From: Psychrobacter cryohalolentis K5
GTDB taxonomy: Bacteria; Pseudomonadota; Gammaproteobacteria; Pseudomonadales; Moraxellaceae
Assembly (NCBI RefSeq): GCF_000013905.1
Contig: NC_007969.1
Location: 2,880,001-2,912,000 of the forward strand
Length of the DNA: 32,000 nucleotides
Reading direction: 5' to 3'
The translations under genes and the position numbers were made by a program. Positions 8,961 to 17,776 of this stretch are shown in pieces. Below the pieces are notes generated by a model. The model was not told the origin of the DNA. It saw nothing but the letters and a program-made list of their open reading frames with translations, and searched no databases. Position 1 is the first letter of the stretch. Every line of letters starts with the position of its first letter.

Positions 8961-9869
8961 ATGATTAAAGGTCTCACTATAACCCCACCAGTTTTAGGAC
9001 GTATCAGCATTGGACGTGTCATTGTAAAGGATGGCAAGCGTCTACCTGCCAAAGACGATCAATTCACCATCACCAGCCAAGTTCAAAATAAGGACGGCTG
9101 GATCAATCACCCACTAGACGAGAAGCTACGCGAAAACAGCAACGGCAAACTCAGACAAATACCGGTACGCATGCTGTTTAATGATCCTGAACTAAACTTA
9201 CGTGCTGAGTACACGCTATTTGATAGACAGACCGGACGCCCACTATGCGTAGGCGACGGTGAGCAATGTCAGCGACGCACAAACAAAGGCGTTGAAAACC
9301 ATCCATGCCCATCACCTGATCGCTGTCCATTGGCACAAGGCGGTGCTTGTAAACCTTATGGAAGGCTCTATGTGAATCTGTCTGAGGATGATGAACTTGG
9401 CACGTTCATCTTTCGGACAACTGGCTTTAATAGTATTCGTACGCTTGCCGCAAGGCTGAGCTACTTTGCAGCAGTATCAGGCAATAAACTGTCATGTCTG
9501 CCATTACAGCTTACCTTGAGAGGCAAAAGTACGACACAAAGCTATCGCACGCCGATTTACTTTGTTGATTTAACACTGCGTGATGGCATCACACTCAAGC
9601 AAGCGGTGCAAGATGCACAAGCGATAGATGCGGAGCTGAGTGAGCATGGCTTTGATCAAGCAGCATTAGAGCAAGCTGCGAAACAAGGATATGTGAATTC
9701 ATGCTTTGAGGTCGATGGCGATGATTTAGCAGAAGTCGCTGAGGAGTTTTATCCGATGGAAACAGACGCAGCTAGCAATCAGCAAAATAACTCTAAGAGT
9801 GAATTCCCCATTAATACAGTAGCTAGTATTGAGCAAGGTCTACGGCAAAGTGTGACGGCTGTGAGTTGA
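8961..9869 (+). CDS. Cys-rich protein of unknown function
   Basis: Good SD. The N-terminus is MIKGLTITPPVLGRISIGRV. Cysteine cluster C-x6-C...C-x5-C-x7-C (CVGDGEQC...CPSPDRCPLAQGGAC). Acidic C-terminal tail. Function unknown to me. Confidence 0.6.
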   Translation: MIKGLTITPPVLGRISIGRVIVKDGKRLPAKDDQFTITSQVQNKDGWINHPLDEKLRENSNGKLRQIPVRMLFNDPELNLRAEYTLFDRQTGRPLCVGDGEQCQRRTNKGVENHPCPSPDRCPLAQGGACKPYGRLYVNLSEDDELGTFIFRTTGFNSIRTLAARLSYFAAVSGNKLSCLPLQLTLRGKSTTQSYRTPIYFVDLTLRDGITLKQAVQDAQAIDAELSEHGFDQAALEQAAKQGYVNSCFEVDGDDLAEVAEEFYPMETDAASNQQNNSKSEFPINTVASIEQGLRQSVTAVS

Positions 9870-9896
9870 TACTGCTAAGCGTATACAGAGCATATA

Positions 9897-9927
9897 AAGG
9901 AGCTGATTAATTCAGCTCCTTTTTTTC
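9897..9927 (+). terminator. rho-independent terminator
   Basis: AAGGAGCTGA-ttaat-TCAGCTCCTT 10-bp stem followed by T7. Confidence 0.75.
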
Positions 9928-10037
9928 GTGAATTAAATAAGAGTAAACAATCGGACTGCATGGGATGCCGTAAAAAAATATAGGACTGGGTAACTGTATG
10001 AGAGGAAACGCTCTCAATAACTTACAAGGAGCTAATC

Positions 10038-10298
10038 GTGGAAAATTTAAATATTAATAACCAAAATAACGCAGCTAACCTAAGTGCTTTACTCATACCA
10101 AGAATGGTGCCACTAAAAGATGTCGTCTACTTCACTGCGCTTAGTAGTACAACTATTTACGACATGTTAGATAAAAGATCTAGTCGTTATGACCCAACTT
10201 TCCCTCGTCAAGTTAAATTATCAAAAGGCAGAGTAGCTTGGGTTGAGAGTGAAATTACACAATGGTTAGAGTCCAAGATGGCAGATAGGGTTCACTAG
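10038..10298 (+). CDS. alpA: AlpA-family transcriptional regulator/excisionase (phage HTH)
   Basis: GTG start with AGGAG SD. The LKDVVYFTALSSTTIYDMLDK...FPRQVKLSKGRVAWVESEITQWL pattern matches the CP4-57 AlpA / Phage_AlpA family. Confidence 0.85.
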   Translation: MENLNINNQNNAANLSALLIPRMVPLKDVVYFTALSSTTIYDMLDKRSSRYDPTFPRQVKLSKGRVAWVESEITQWLESKMADRVH

Positions 10299-10611
10299 GT
10301 AGCAATACAAGAATAAGTCACTTTAATTGGCTTATTTTTTTCTTCCTAACGTGATTAGTATTAACCCAAAAACCTATCTCGACATACGCATTAAGATGTA
10401 ATTACATACCTGACCAATATAATTTTAACCCCTTAAATACAACTAAACCTTCCTGACGCATTTTTTGTAAAAACTCCCTGCTCTATATTCCAATGCTTTT
10501 TATATAACAGTTTTAAGCGTTTTATGACAAGTGTTGAAATGAGTGTAAAAGAGTGGATAAAAAATACACTAAAGAATCGTAGCAAAAGGTTAAAAACAAC
10601 GAGAGTAAGCC

Positions 10612-11502
10612 ATGCAATTATCTAAACGTGAGCATATAGCCCTTGAGCTATTGAAAACTAAAAACTTTTCTACAAAAAAATCTTTTAAACTTGCTGATGA
10701 ATTCAGCATCTCTTCACTTGATGTTGATCATCCTATTTCAGAAGACTGTGACCTTAAGAAAATATGGCAATGGGCAGATGAGTTTAATATCCCTGAAAGC
10801 GAGATTCCTCGTAATAAAGATCAGTTGCTATCAATGAGTCATTTGCAAATACTAAGAGATTACGATGGTAATTCTCGCTGCCTAACCTACTTGCCTGAAG
10901 CTATTGGGATACTAGTCAATTTAAAGCAAATTCATTTATTAAATCATGAGCTAACTAAACTACCTGATAGCATTGGTAACTTAAAGAAGCTAATGTTCAT
11001 ATCTGTTGATCGTAACAATCTAACAGAATTACCTGATAGCATATGCAAACTTAGAAAATTACAAGTTCTCACTGCAACAAGAAATTCGTTAATTAAGTTA
11101 CCTAATGAAATTGGGAGCTTAATGAGTTTGCAACTAATTGAACTAGCAGGCAATAAACTGAATAAACTACCATCTAGTATTACTCATTTGACTGAGCTAG
11201 AAATACTTGACATTAGATGGAATCGACTAACTGAGCTACCCGATACTATAGGTCAGCTATCAGAATTACAAGAACTTCACATTGAAGAAAACTTCCTAAC
11301 GAATCTGCCTGATAGCATTGGTGAGCTATCCTACCTAGAAGAGATTCACTTTGACAATAATCATATAACAAGAGTTCCTGAAGGTATCTGCAATCTTAAA
11401 AGAATTAATACCTTAGTCTTGGATAATAGCATATTCGAGAATTCGTCTAATTCAGTTAAGGGTTTTTTAAATGGCATAGAGAGTTTTGAGAAAAAATTAT
11501 AG
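10612..11502 (+). CDS. leucine-rich repeat (LRR) protein, no signal peptide
   Basis: Eight exact-period 23-aa repeats of the form LxxLPxxIGxLxxLxxLxLxxNx span aa 91-274 (nt 10882-11433). They are preceded by a ~90-aa non-repeat N-terminal region. No hydrophobic leader. Confidence 0.9.
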   Translation: MQLSKREHIALELLKTKNFSTKKSFKLADEFSISSLDVDHPISEDCDLKKIWQWADEFNIPESEIPRNKDQLLSMSHLQILRDYDGNSRCLTYLPEAIGILVNLKQIHLLNHELTKLPDSIGNLKKLMFISVDRNNLTELPDSICKLRKLQVLTATRNSLIKLPNEIGSLMSLQLIELAGNKLNKLPSSITHLTELEILDIRWNRLTELPDTIGQLSELQELHIEENFLTNLPDSIGELSYLEEIHFDNNHITRVPEGICNLKRINTLVLDNSIFENSSNSVKGFLNGIESFEKKL

Positions 11503-11526
11503 TGATAAGACCTAACTAATATAAAA

Positions 11527-11556
11527 AGGCGAGTCAATCTAAATGACTCGCCTTTT
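11527..11556. terminator. bidirectional rho-independent terminator
   Basis: AGGCGAGTCA-atctaaa-TGACTCGCCT 10-bp stem with an A-run before and a T-run after. It sits between the LRR gene (+) and the small minus-strand ORF. Confidence 0.75.
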
Positions 11557-11674
11557 ATCATAACTTCTCTAACAAAATTATGAGTCGCAACAGCTTTCAA
11601 AAGTCCTTTGAATAAACACAGCTGAAGGCTTCGAGAGCATAAACCTAAGCTATTATAAGTAGGTTTTAGAAGAA

Positions 11675-11854
11675 CTATTCTCCTGGTTTGGTATCAATAT
11701 GTGCACCAGGTGGTAGACCTTCTAACAACGGTTCATCAAACGTACCACTTTCTATTTGCTTTGCAATCAAATCACTCTTTTGTTGCTGTTGATTTGGGGT
11801 AAGACTTTCATCATGATTGACTTTATTTCCATTCTCATCATACTCTTCGATCAT
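11675..11854 (-). CDS. small acidic hypothetical protein (59 aa), absent from the supplied ORF track
   Basis: Hand translation of the minus strand gives MIEEYDENGNKVNHDESLTPNQQQQKSDLIAKQIESGTFDEPLLEGLPPGAHIDTKPGE followed by a stop. AAGGA SD lies 8 nt upstream of the ATG at 11854. Confidence 0.35.
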   Translation of the reverse strand: MIEEYDENGNKVNHDESLTPNQQQQKSDLIAKQIESGTFDEPLLEGLPPGAHIDTKPGE

Positions 11855-12226
11855 TGTACTGTCCTTATACTAATTAGATAAGGAAGCAGTATTAGATGAT
11901 AGAAACAATATTTCAAGTGTTTTTTACACTCATCTTCTGATTAATTTTTCAATAGACTGTATTCTTGCAAAAGCACCACTGCTAATAACATAAAACAAAA
12001 TATTAACAATGGCCTATGCGAGACATCTGTTGGATTACATGAAGCAAAAAACTCAAGTGATCTAGTCGCAAAGAAAAATATTCACCCCCAAACCAAGTAC
12101 ATGAATTATGGTCATTTTTTTAGCTCGTTACTGAAGTTTTTTATTCTTTTACTATAGACTGTATGCTCAGATTAAGGCGCATTCAAATAGACAAATATTT
12201 ATTTTAGATACATGTGAGTAAGAAAG

Positions 12227-15094
12227 ATGAGAGAGATTATTACCGTTGATCAATTAAATTTTAATTTTCTTGGCAAGATTTTTGGTAAAAAAGGCATCCG
12301 TCTGACAGAGCAAGGCTTGCTTATAGACACTAAAAAAGGACCAACTGAGCTCATCTCTTTCGCTGAAGTTAAGAAGTTTGCTTATATTGAAGAAGGATTC
12401 TTTGGCGCAACTCTATTTGTTCACAACAATCAATCATTGCGAGAACACAAATTTTTATCCAAAACTAACTCTACAGCGTTTTTAGAGTCTATCAACAAAA
12501 AGATTGCTCACTCATTACAACCCCATCTCCTTAACTTAATTGAAGATTTTAACCTTCGAGTTTTGAGTAACTACCCTAGAGATTCTAAAATAGAACCAAT
12601 TAAGTCATTAGCAGATGAGCTGTCTATATTTTATAAAGATGCTAGGGTGCCATGGGATTACTTTAGCAACCCTAATCTGTTTAGCGAAGTTGAGAAGATA
12701 CACAACCTCTGCCCTATCAAACAAGAAACCTTAGGCGCGTATCATGAAAAAATCAATCTAGAACGAAGAAAGTCTTTTTTTGATAGCGTAGAGTCAAACC
12801 CGTTGACTGATGAGCAAAGACTAGGTGTACTTCGCTCTAATGATAAGAACATGGTACTGGCTGCTGCTGGCACAGGCAAAACCTCTGTAATAGTTGCCAA
12901 GGCCCTCGACCTTATTGATAGGGGACTAGCAGCACCTCAAGAGATTCTAGTTCTGGCTTACAATAAATCAGCTGCTGAAGAGTTAAAAAAACGGCTTGCT
13001 GATAAAGCTGAGAACTCAGGCATCGTATTAACTGAATCCCCTCAAATTTCAACATTTCACGCTTTAGGTAGAAAAATCCTAGGGGATTCTGGTATCTCAA
13101 CCTATATGAGCGTCTTCACTGAAGACAGCTTAAAGCTTGGTGCGTGGGTAACAGAGTGGCTAATAGAGTATTTAACACAAGATCCCAAAAGAATGGTCGA
13201 TTTTATATCGCTATTCCCAGAACCTGTGAATCCTTTCGACTTTAAGACTCAAGAAGAGTATGAGCGGCATATCAGAGACAATGAGTTTAGAACTCTCCAA
13301 GGCGAGTTGGTCAAAGGGTATCAGGAACTCAGGATAGCTAACTGGCTGGCTATTCATAAGATCGCATACGAATATGAAGCGCGTTATATCAGTAAGCGTA
13401 GAATTGACATAGGTTTTGACTACCAACCTGATTTTCATATATCGGACTCTAATATTTACATCGAGCACTTCGGCATTGATAGGCATGGTAATACTCGACC
13501 AGATATTGATAAGCAAGCATATGACGATTCTATAGATAGCAAACGTAAACTGCATAAAGAGCTTGAAACAGTTTTAGTGGAAACATTCCATTATGACTGG
13601 ACTGAAGATGCACTCGAAGCTCGTCTTGAAGAACGACTGGCTGCTGTTGGGGTTATTCCTGATAAAAACTCAGTTGAAGAGGCTTCAAAAGAATTACTCT
13701 CTAAACTCAAGGAAGGCAATCAAATTGCCACTTGGAGCAAAATGCTTATTAAGGCTTTACAAGCCACTCGATTTGAAAGGCTCAATGAAAACTCAATACT
13801 TGATAGACTAGAAAAAGCCGGCATCTCACAAGCAAAGAAAAAGACACGCATTCTGACTGACTTGCACAACGCGTATGTTGAAGAGCTTGTAGCTACTGAT
13901 TCAATTGACTTTGACGATATGATTATTCGTGCAATCGCAGTTGTAGATAATGGTCAATATAAACCTCAATGGAGATATATTCTTGTTGATGAGTTTCAAG
14001 ATATATCAGCTTCTCGGATGGAGTTTGTTAATAGTATTATTGAGAAAGGTCCTGATCCCTCATTAACCGTTGTCGGTGATGATTGGCAGTCTATCTATCG
14101 ATTTTCAGGTGGTAAACTTGAGCTCACCACTAGATTCAATGAGTTGGTTGGACCACACACGCTAACAATGCTCCAAAAGACCTTTCGCTATAACAATAGC
14201 ATTGCTGATACTGCTGGGACGTTCATCATGGAGAACCCTGAGCAGTATCAGAAACACATCAAAACACACGACGTGATTAATGAACCACAAGTATATTTAC
14301 TAGATGATAAGACTGGTGAAGAGAATGGTCTCTATAGTAGAGTAGCTGAGGTTGTCAGCAAGATTAGAGCAAATGACCCTGAGGGTTCAATAGCGATTAT
14401 TGCTAGGTATAATTATTTGCTAAAAGATTCACGTGATTTTCTTGGTAAAGAAAATTCAAAAGGCATCCATTTTTGGAGCTTTCACAAATCTAAAGGGCTT
14501 GAAGCTGACTATTGCATCTTAATTGGGTTTTTCCAAGGGAAAAGCGGCTTCCCTAATGGAAACCGCGAGGACGCTATTCCAGAAGCCCTACTTCCAACAT
14601 TAGACTCATTCCCTCATTCTGAAGAACGACGTTTGCTGTATGTTGGTATAACGCGCTGTAAAAAGAAATCGTATATTATTGCTAGTCCCACAGCGCCCTC
14701 AGAATTTGTTCTTGAATTACTGGCTCCCAAATATGACATCAACATTTTCTCTAAATCATTTCAAGAACGCCATAGAAAGATATTTAAATGCCCTAACTGC
14801 GTAAACGGCTACCTACGCTTAATCAAAGGGCAGTATGGCAGTTTCTATAGCTGTAGTTCTGGAAAAGGTTGTTCGGTAGGTAAGGCGCGCGTCTGCACGA
14901 AGTGTGAGGCACCATCTGTTGATAGAGAACATGAAAGCTTATGCAACAATAGAGACTGTGGCAATTCAATGAAAATCTGTAATAAATGCGGTCGTCCCAT
15001 GAAAATGCGTGAAAGCAAGTTTGGTAAATTCTGGGGCTGTAGCGGATATGGTATTCCTGATGATCAATGTAAAAATACAATCAAGATTCGCTAA
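12227..15094 (+). CDS. helicase IV (HelD)-like SF1/UvrD-family helicase with inserted Vsr/PD-(D/E)xK-like domain and three C-terminal C4 zinc ribbons
   Basis: The N-terminus and FFDSVESNPLTDEQR...VLAAAGTGKTSVIVAKA...EILVLAYNKSAAEEL align by eye with E. coli HelD as I remember it. Helicase motifs: ILVDEFQDIS, VVGDDWQSIYRFSGG, TFRYN, SFHKSKGLEADY, RRLLYVGITR. Insert at aa ~355-470 (nt ~13289-13636): ELRIANWLAIHKIAYEYEARY...YQPDFHI...IYIEHFG. C-terminal 103 aa (nt 14783-15091): CPNC..CSSGKGC, CTKC..CNNRDC, CNKC..FWGCSGY..C (topoisomerase-type ribbons). Confidence 0.85.
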   Translation: MREIITVDQLNFNFLGKIFGKKGIRLTEQGLLIDTKKGPTELISFAEVKKFAYIEEGFFGATLFVHNNQSLREHKFLSKTNSTAFLESINKKIAHSLQPHLLNLIEDFNLRVLSNYPRDSKIEPIKSLADELSIFYKDARVPWDYFSNPNLFSEVEKIHNLCPIKQETLGAYHEKINLERRKSFFDSVESNPLTDEQRLGVLRSNDKNMVLAAAGTGKTSVIVAKALDLIDRGLAAPQEILVLAYNKSAAEELKKRLADKAENSGIVLTESPQISTFHALGRKILGDSGISTYMSVFTEDSLKLGAWVTEWLIEYLTQDPKRMVDFISLFPEPVNPFDFKTQEEYERHIRDNEFRTLQGELVKGYQELRIANWLAIHKIAYEYEARYISKRRIDIGFDYQPDFHISDSNIYIEHFGIDRHGNTRPDIDKQAYDDSIDSKRKLHKELETVLVETFHYDWTEDALEARLEERLAAVGVIPDKNSVEEASKELLSKLKEGNQIATWSKMLIKALQATRFERLNENSILDRLEKAGISQAKKKTRILTDLHNAYVEELVATDSIDFDDMIIRAIAVVDNGQYKPQWRYILVDEFQDISASRMEFVNSIIEKGPDPSLTVVGDDWQSIYRFSGGKLELTTRFNELVGPHTLTMLQKTFRYNNSIADTAGTFIMENPEQYQKHIKTHDVINEPQVYLLDDKTGEENGLYSRVAEVVSKIRANDPEGSIAIIARYNYLLKDSRDFLGKENSKGIHFWSFHKSKGLEADYCILIGFFQGKSGFPNGNREDAIPEALLPTLDSFPHSEERRLLYVGITRCKKKSYIIASPTAPSEFVLELLAPKYDINIFSKSFQERHRKIFKCPNCVNGYLRLIKGQYGSFYSCSSGKGCSVGKARVCTKCEAPSVDREHESLCNNRDCGNSMKICNKCGRPMKMRESKFGKFWGCSGYGIPDDQCKNTIKIR

Positions 15095-15247
15095 GCAATA
15101 TCTCAGTATTACAACCTGTTACTTAATCAGTTCATTATATTAATCGTCAAAAACTATTAGGTTTTTAGGTTAAGGCAAGAAAGTAACAGGAACGCTATGC
15201 ACAAAAAAGTGCTCACGGTTATGATACTCGGCAATATGACAAGGCTC

Positions 15248-15277
15248 AGGCATTGATTAATCATCAATGCCTTTTTT
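15248..15277 (+). terminator. rho-independent terminator
   Basis: AGGCATTGAT-taatc-ATCAATGCCT 10-bp stem followed by T6, about 155 nt after the helicase stop. Confidence 0.75.
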
Positions 15278-15674
15278 AAAGATTTTCCTAAATACGAATT
15301 GATTATAGAATAGTTTTAATAAACTAAATCCTGATTGGCTTATTATTATTTTCAACTTAAAAAAAGACTATTTTTACCGTACAGGCCTTATTAAATAAGG
15401 ATTTCAGCCTCTCTCTAGATAAAGGTGTATTTTTATATTTATAACGTTTTTTAGTAAAATACCTAGACTTAGATAATTAACACCTACAGAAGATTGATTG
15501 AAATTTACCTGTGCAAAAATACAGATAATTGTATTGAAGTTTATTGTTTAGGGATGTTTGTTAATAGTGAGTATAATTCTTTTACTCTAACTTGATAGCT
15601 AGATTCACCTTCTGGCTTTAGACCATGACGCTAATGTAAAGTCATAAAAATTTCAGAGAAATATAAGGATAAAC

Positions 15675-17534
15675 ATGAAGATTGATGCAGATGTCTTTAG
15701 TATTCAAGAGCTTGAAAAATACTATTTTGTAGTTCCAGACTATCAAAGGGAATATGTCTGGGAAGCAGATAAACATATTTATCAGTTTTTAGTTGATATA
15801 GACGAAGAATTTGAAGCCAATTCTCACGATCAACAAAGCTATTTTATCGGCTCAATCATTGTTGTAAAAAAAGACAGTAAATACGATGTCATTGACGGTC
15901 AACAACGTTTAACGACTATTGTCATTAGCTTATGTGCAATGCGTAATATCCTAGAAGACTTACAAAAAAAGGGGCAGCTTACTGACATGAGCAGTAGCAT
16001 CCTAGATATTATAAAAGGTTGGCTCTTTAAGTTTGACTTGAAGACTAAGTCTACACTTTCTCGCCTTGAGCTACAGTATGATGAAAGCAATGGGTACTTA
16101 GAAACTATAATCCAAAAAAAGACATATGAAGGTGAAATAACTAATTCAATCCAAAAGATGCAAAAAGCATATAATCGTATTTTTAAACATCTACAAGACT
16201 ACTTAAATCAAGGGGTAGAGCGTTTCGAGGAATATACCCAATATTTTTTAACGAATGTTAACGTTGTCGTAATTGAATCGGATAACCTAGGTAGCGCGCT
16301 TAAAATATTTGAGACGATTAACCAACGTGGCGCTGGTCTAAATGCAATGGATTTAGTTAAGAACCTGATGTTTAGTAAAGCTAATGCTGACGACTTTGAA
16401 ACTATCAAAACCAAGTGGAAGCAAATTACTAATGATCTCCAAGCTTGTGATGAAGGGGATAAACCGTTACGTTTTTTAAGATACTTTATGATTGCACGTT
16501 ATCATAATGGCATCATTCGTGAAGATGATTTGTACTCGTGGATCATATCTAAAGAAGGTAAGGATAAACTACAGTATGAGACCAAGCCGCTAAACTTAGT
16601 GAATGAAATGGCTATAGCAGCTAAACGTTACAGCCATTTAGTACAAGCCACAAATAGCGATAGCAGTAATATAGGTATTAATAAATACCCTAATGTAGTC
16701 AAGATTGGTTATATAAACAAACAACGCTCACGTCAGCATTTAATGTTATTGATGGCATTGGACTTGAATTGTAATGACGATGTAGTTAACTATTTAGCTC
16801 AGCAAATCGAAAGCTTCTTATTTTTCTCTAATACTCTTAAGATTCAAACTAACAGTTATGAGAGGCGTTTTACAGACTGGGCTATAAAATTACGCGGAAA
16901 GCGTAATATAGAGGAAGTCGTAAACCTTGTTGATGAAGCTGTCATACCCTTTCTAAGAGGCTATTTATCTGACTTCAAAAATAGTTTTTTGCAGATAAGA
17001 CACTATGACTATAATCCACAATATCGAGAGCGCTATATTTTAGGTTGCCTAAATACTGAACTATGCAAACAAGCGGGACTAACTCCGCTTAGTCAAGACA
17101 ACATACAAAAGCTTCAAATTGAACACATTCTCCCACAAACCTTAATTAATTTAGATGCAAGTGATGAGTTTGGCGAAGAAGAACGCGACAAATATACCTT
17201 CATGCTGGGTAATACCACTTTACTTGAGAGTCAAATCAATCAAGCTATTAACAATTGCAACGATCTGTCCACTGATTGGTTTGGAATGAAGCAAGCAGAG
17301 TATATACACTCCAATTTTGTGCTGACTAAATTATTAAATGATCAATATGCTATTGGCAAAAATACTGGTCTGAATCGCCTAAAGAATAAGCTAAACTGCC
17401 AGTTTGATGAATGGACTAAGACGTCAATTGAGCAAAGACAGCAAATGCTAATGGAGCTAGCCTTTGATCACTGGCAGCTTAATGGCAAGCGTTTAGATGA
17501 GTATGACAGAGCAAGTACTGTAAATAATATATAG
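15675..17534 (+). CDS. GmrSD/BrxU-like type IV (modification-dependent) restriction enzyme, DUF262 + DUF1524
   Basis: N-terminal DUF262 hallmarks DYQREYVW and DGQQRLTT. C-terminal His-Me finger of DUF1524: LQIEHILPQ ... GNTTLLESQINQAINN. Confidence 0.85.
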   Translation: MKIDADVFSIQELEKYYFVVPDYQREYVWEADKHIYQFLVDIDEEFEANSHDQQSYFIGSIIVVKKDSKYDVIDGQQRLTTIVISLCAMRNILEDLQKKGQLTDMSSSILDIIKGWLFKFDLKTKSTLSRLELQYDESNGYLETIIQKKTYEGEITNSIQKMQKAYNRIFKHLQDYLNQGVERFEEYTQYFLTNVNVVVIESDNLGSALKIFETINQRGAGLNAMDLVKNLMFSKANADDFETIKTKWKQITNDLQACDEGDKPLRFLRYFMIARYHNGIIREDDLYSWIISKEGKDKLQYETKPLNLVNEMAIAAKRYSHLVQATNSDSSNIGINKYPNVVKIGYINKQRSRQHLMLLMALDLNCNDDVVNYLAQQIESFLFFSNTLKIQTNSYERRFTDWAIKLRGKRNIEEVVNLVDEAVIPFLRGYLSDFKNSFLQIRHYDYNPQYRERYILGCLNTELCKQAGLTPLSQDNIQKLQIEHILPQTLINLDASDEFGEEERDKYTFMLGNTTLLESQINQAINNCNDLSTDWFGMKQAEYIHSNFVLTKLLNDQYAIGKNTGLNRLKNKLNCQFDEWTKTSIEQRQQMLMELAFDHWQLNGKRLDEYDRASTVNNI

Positions 17535-17561
17535 ATGTGATTTATTTGAATGCACAAAAAC

Positions 17562-17588
17562 AAGTCACTTCTAATTAGTGGCTTTTTT
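17562..17588 (+). terminator. rho-independent terminator
   Basis: AAGTCACT-tctaatt-AGTGGCTT stem (one G:U) followed by T6. Confidence 0.65.
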
Positions 17589-17776
17589 ATGAATCAAATT
17601 TGTAAGATAGTAACTAGTGTATTTTACTGTGAGTATGCTTTTTAAGGTTGTATATCGAAGCTTAGAGAAGCCATGCAGATAAATTCCTGCTAGTTAAAAC
17701 AATAATATAGTTAACTTTTCTATAAAAAGCGTATCAGCATAATATTTTAACTGATTCACTGTTAAGGCGGATATTA

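Noticed and set aside
10612-15094. LRR gene, small acidic ORF and HelD-like helicase as one operon or system
   Set aside because: The LRR gene ends in a strong bidirectional terminator. The small ORF is on the opposite strand. About 720 bp separate the LRR gene from the helicase gene. Co-transcription is therefore unlikely. Functional linkage cannot be excluded, so they are reported as separate findings.
15197-15256. 19-codon ORF (MHKKVLTVMILGNMTRLRH) with an AGGA SD in the ~150-nt stretch between the helicase stop and its terminator
   Set aside because: It is too short to support from sequence alone, and its stop is buried in the terminator stem. It is more simply explained as 3' UTR. It would need Ribo-seq or conservation evidence.
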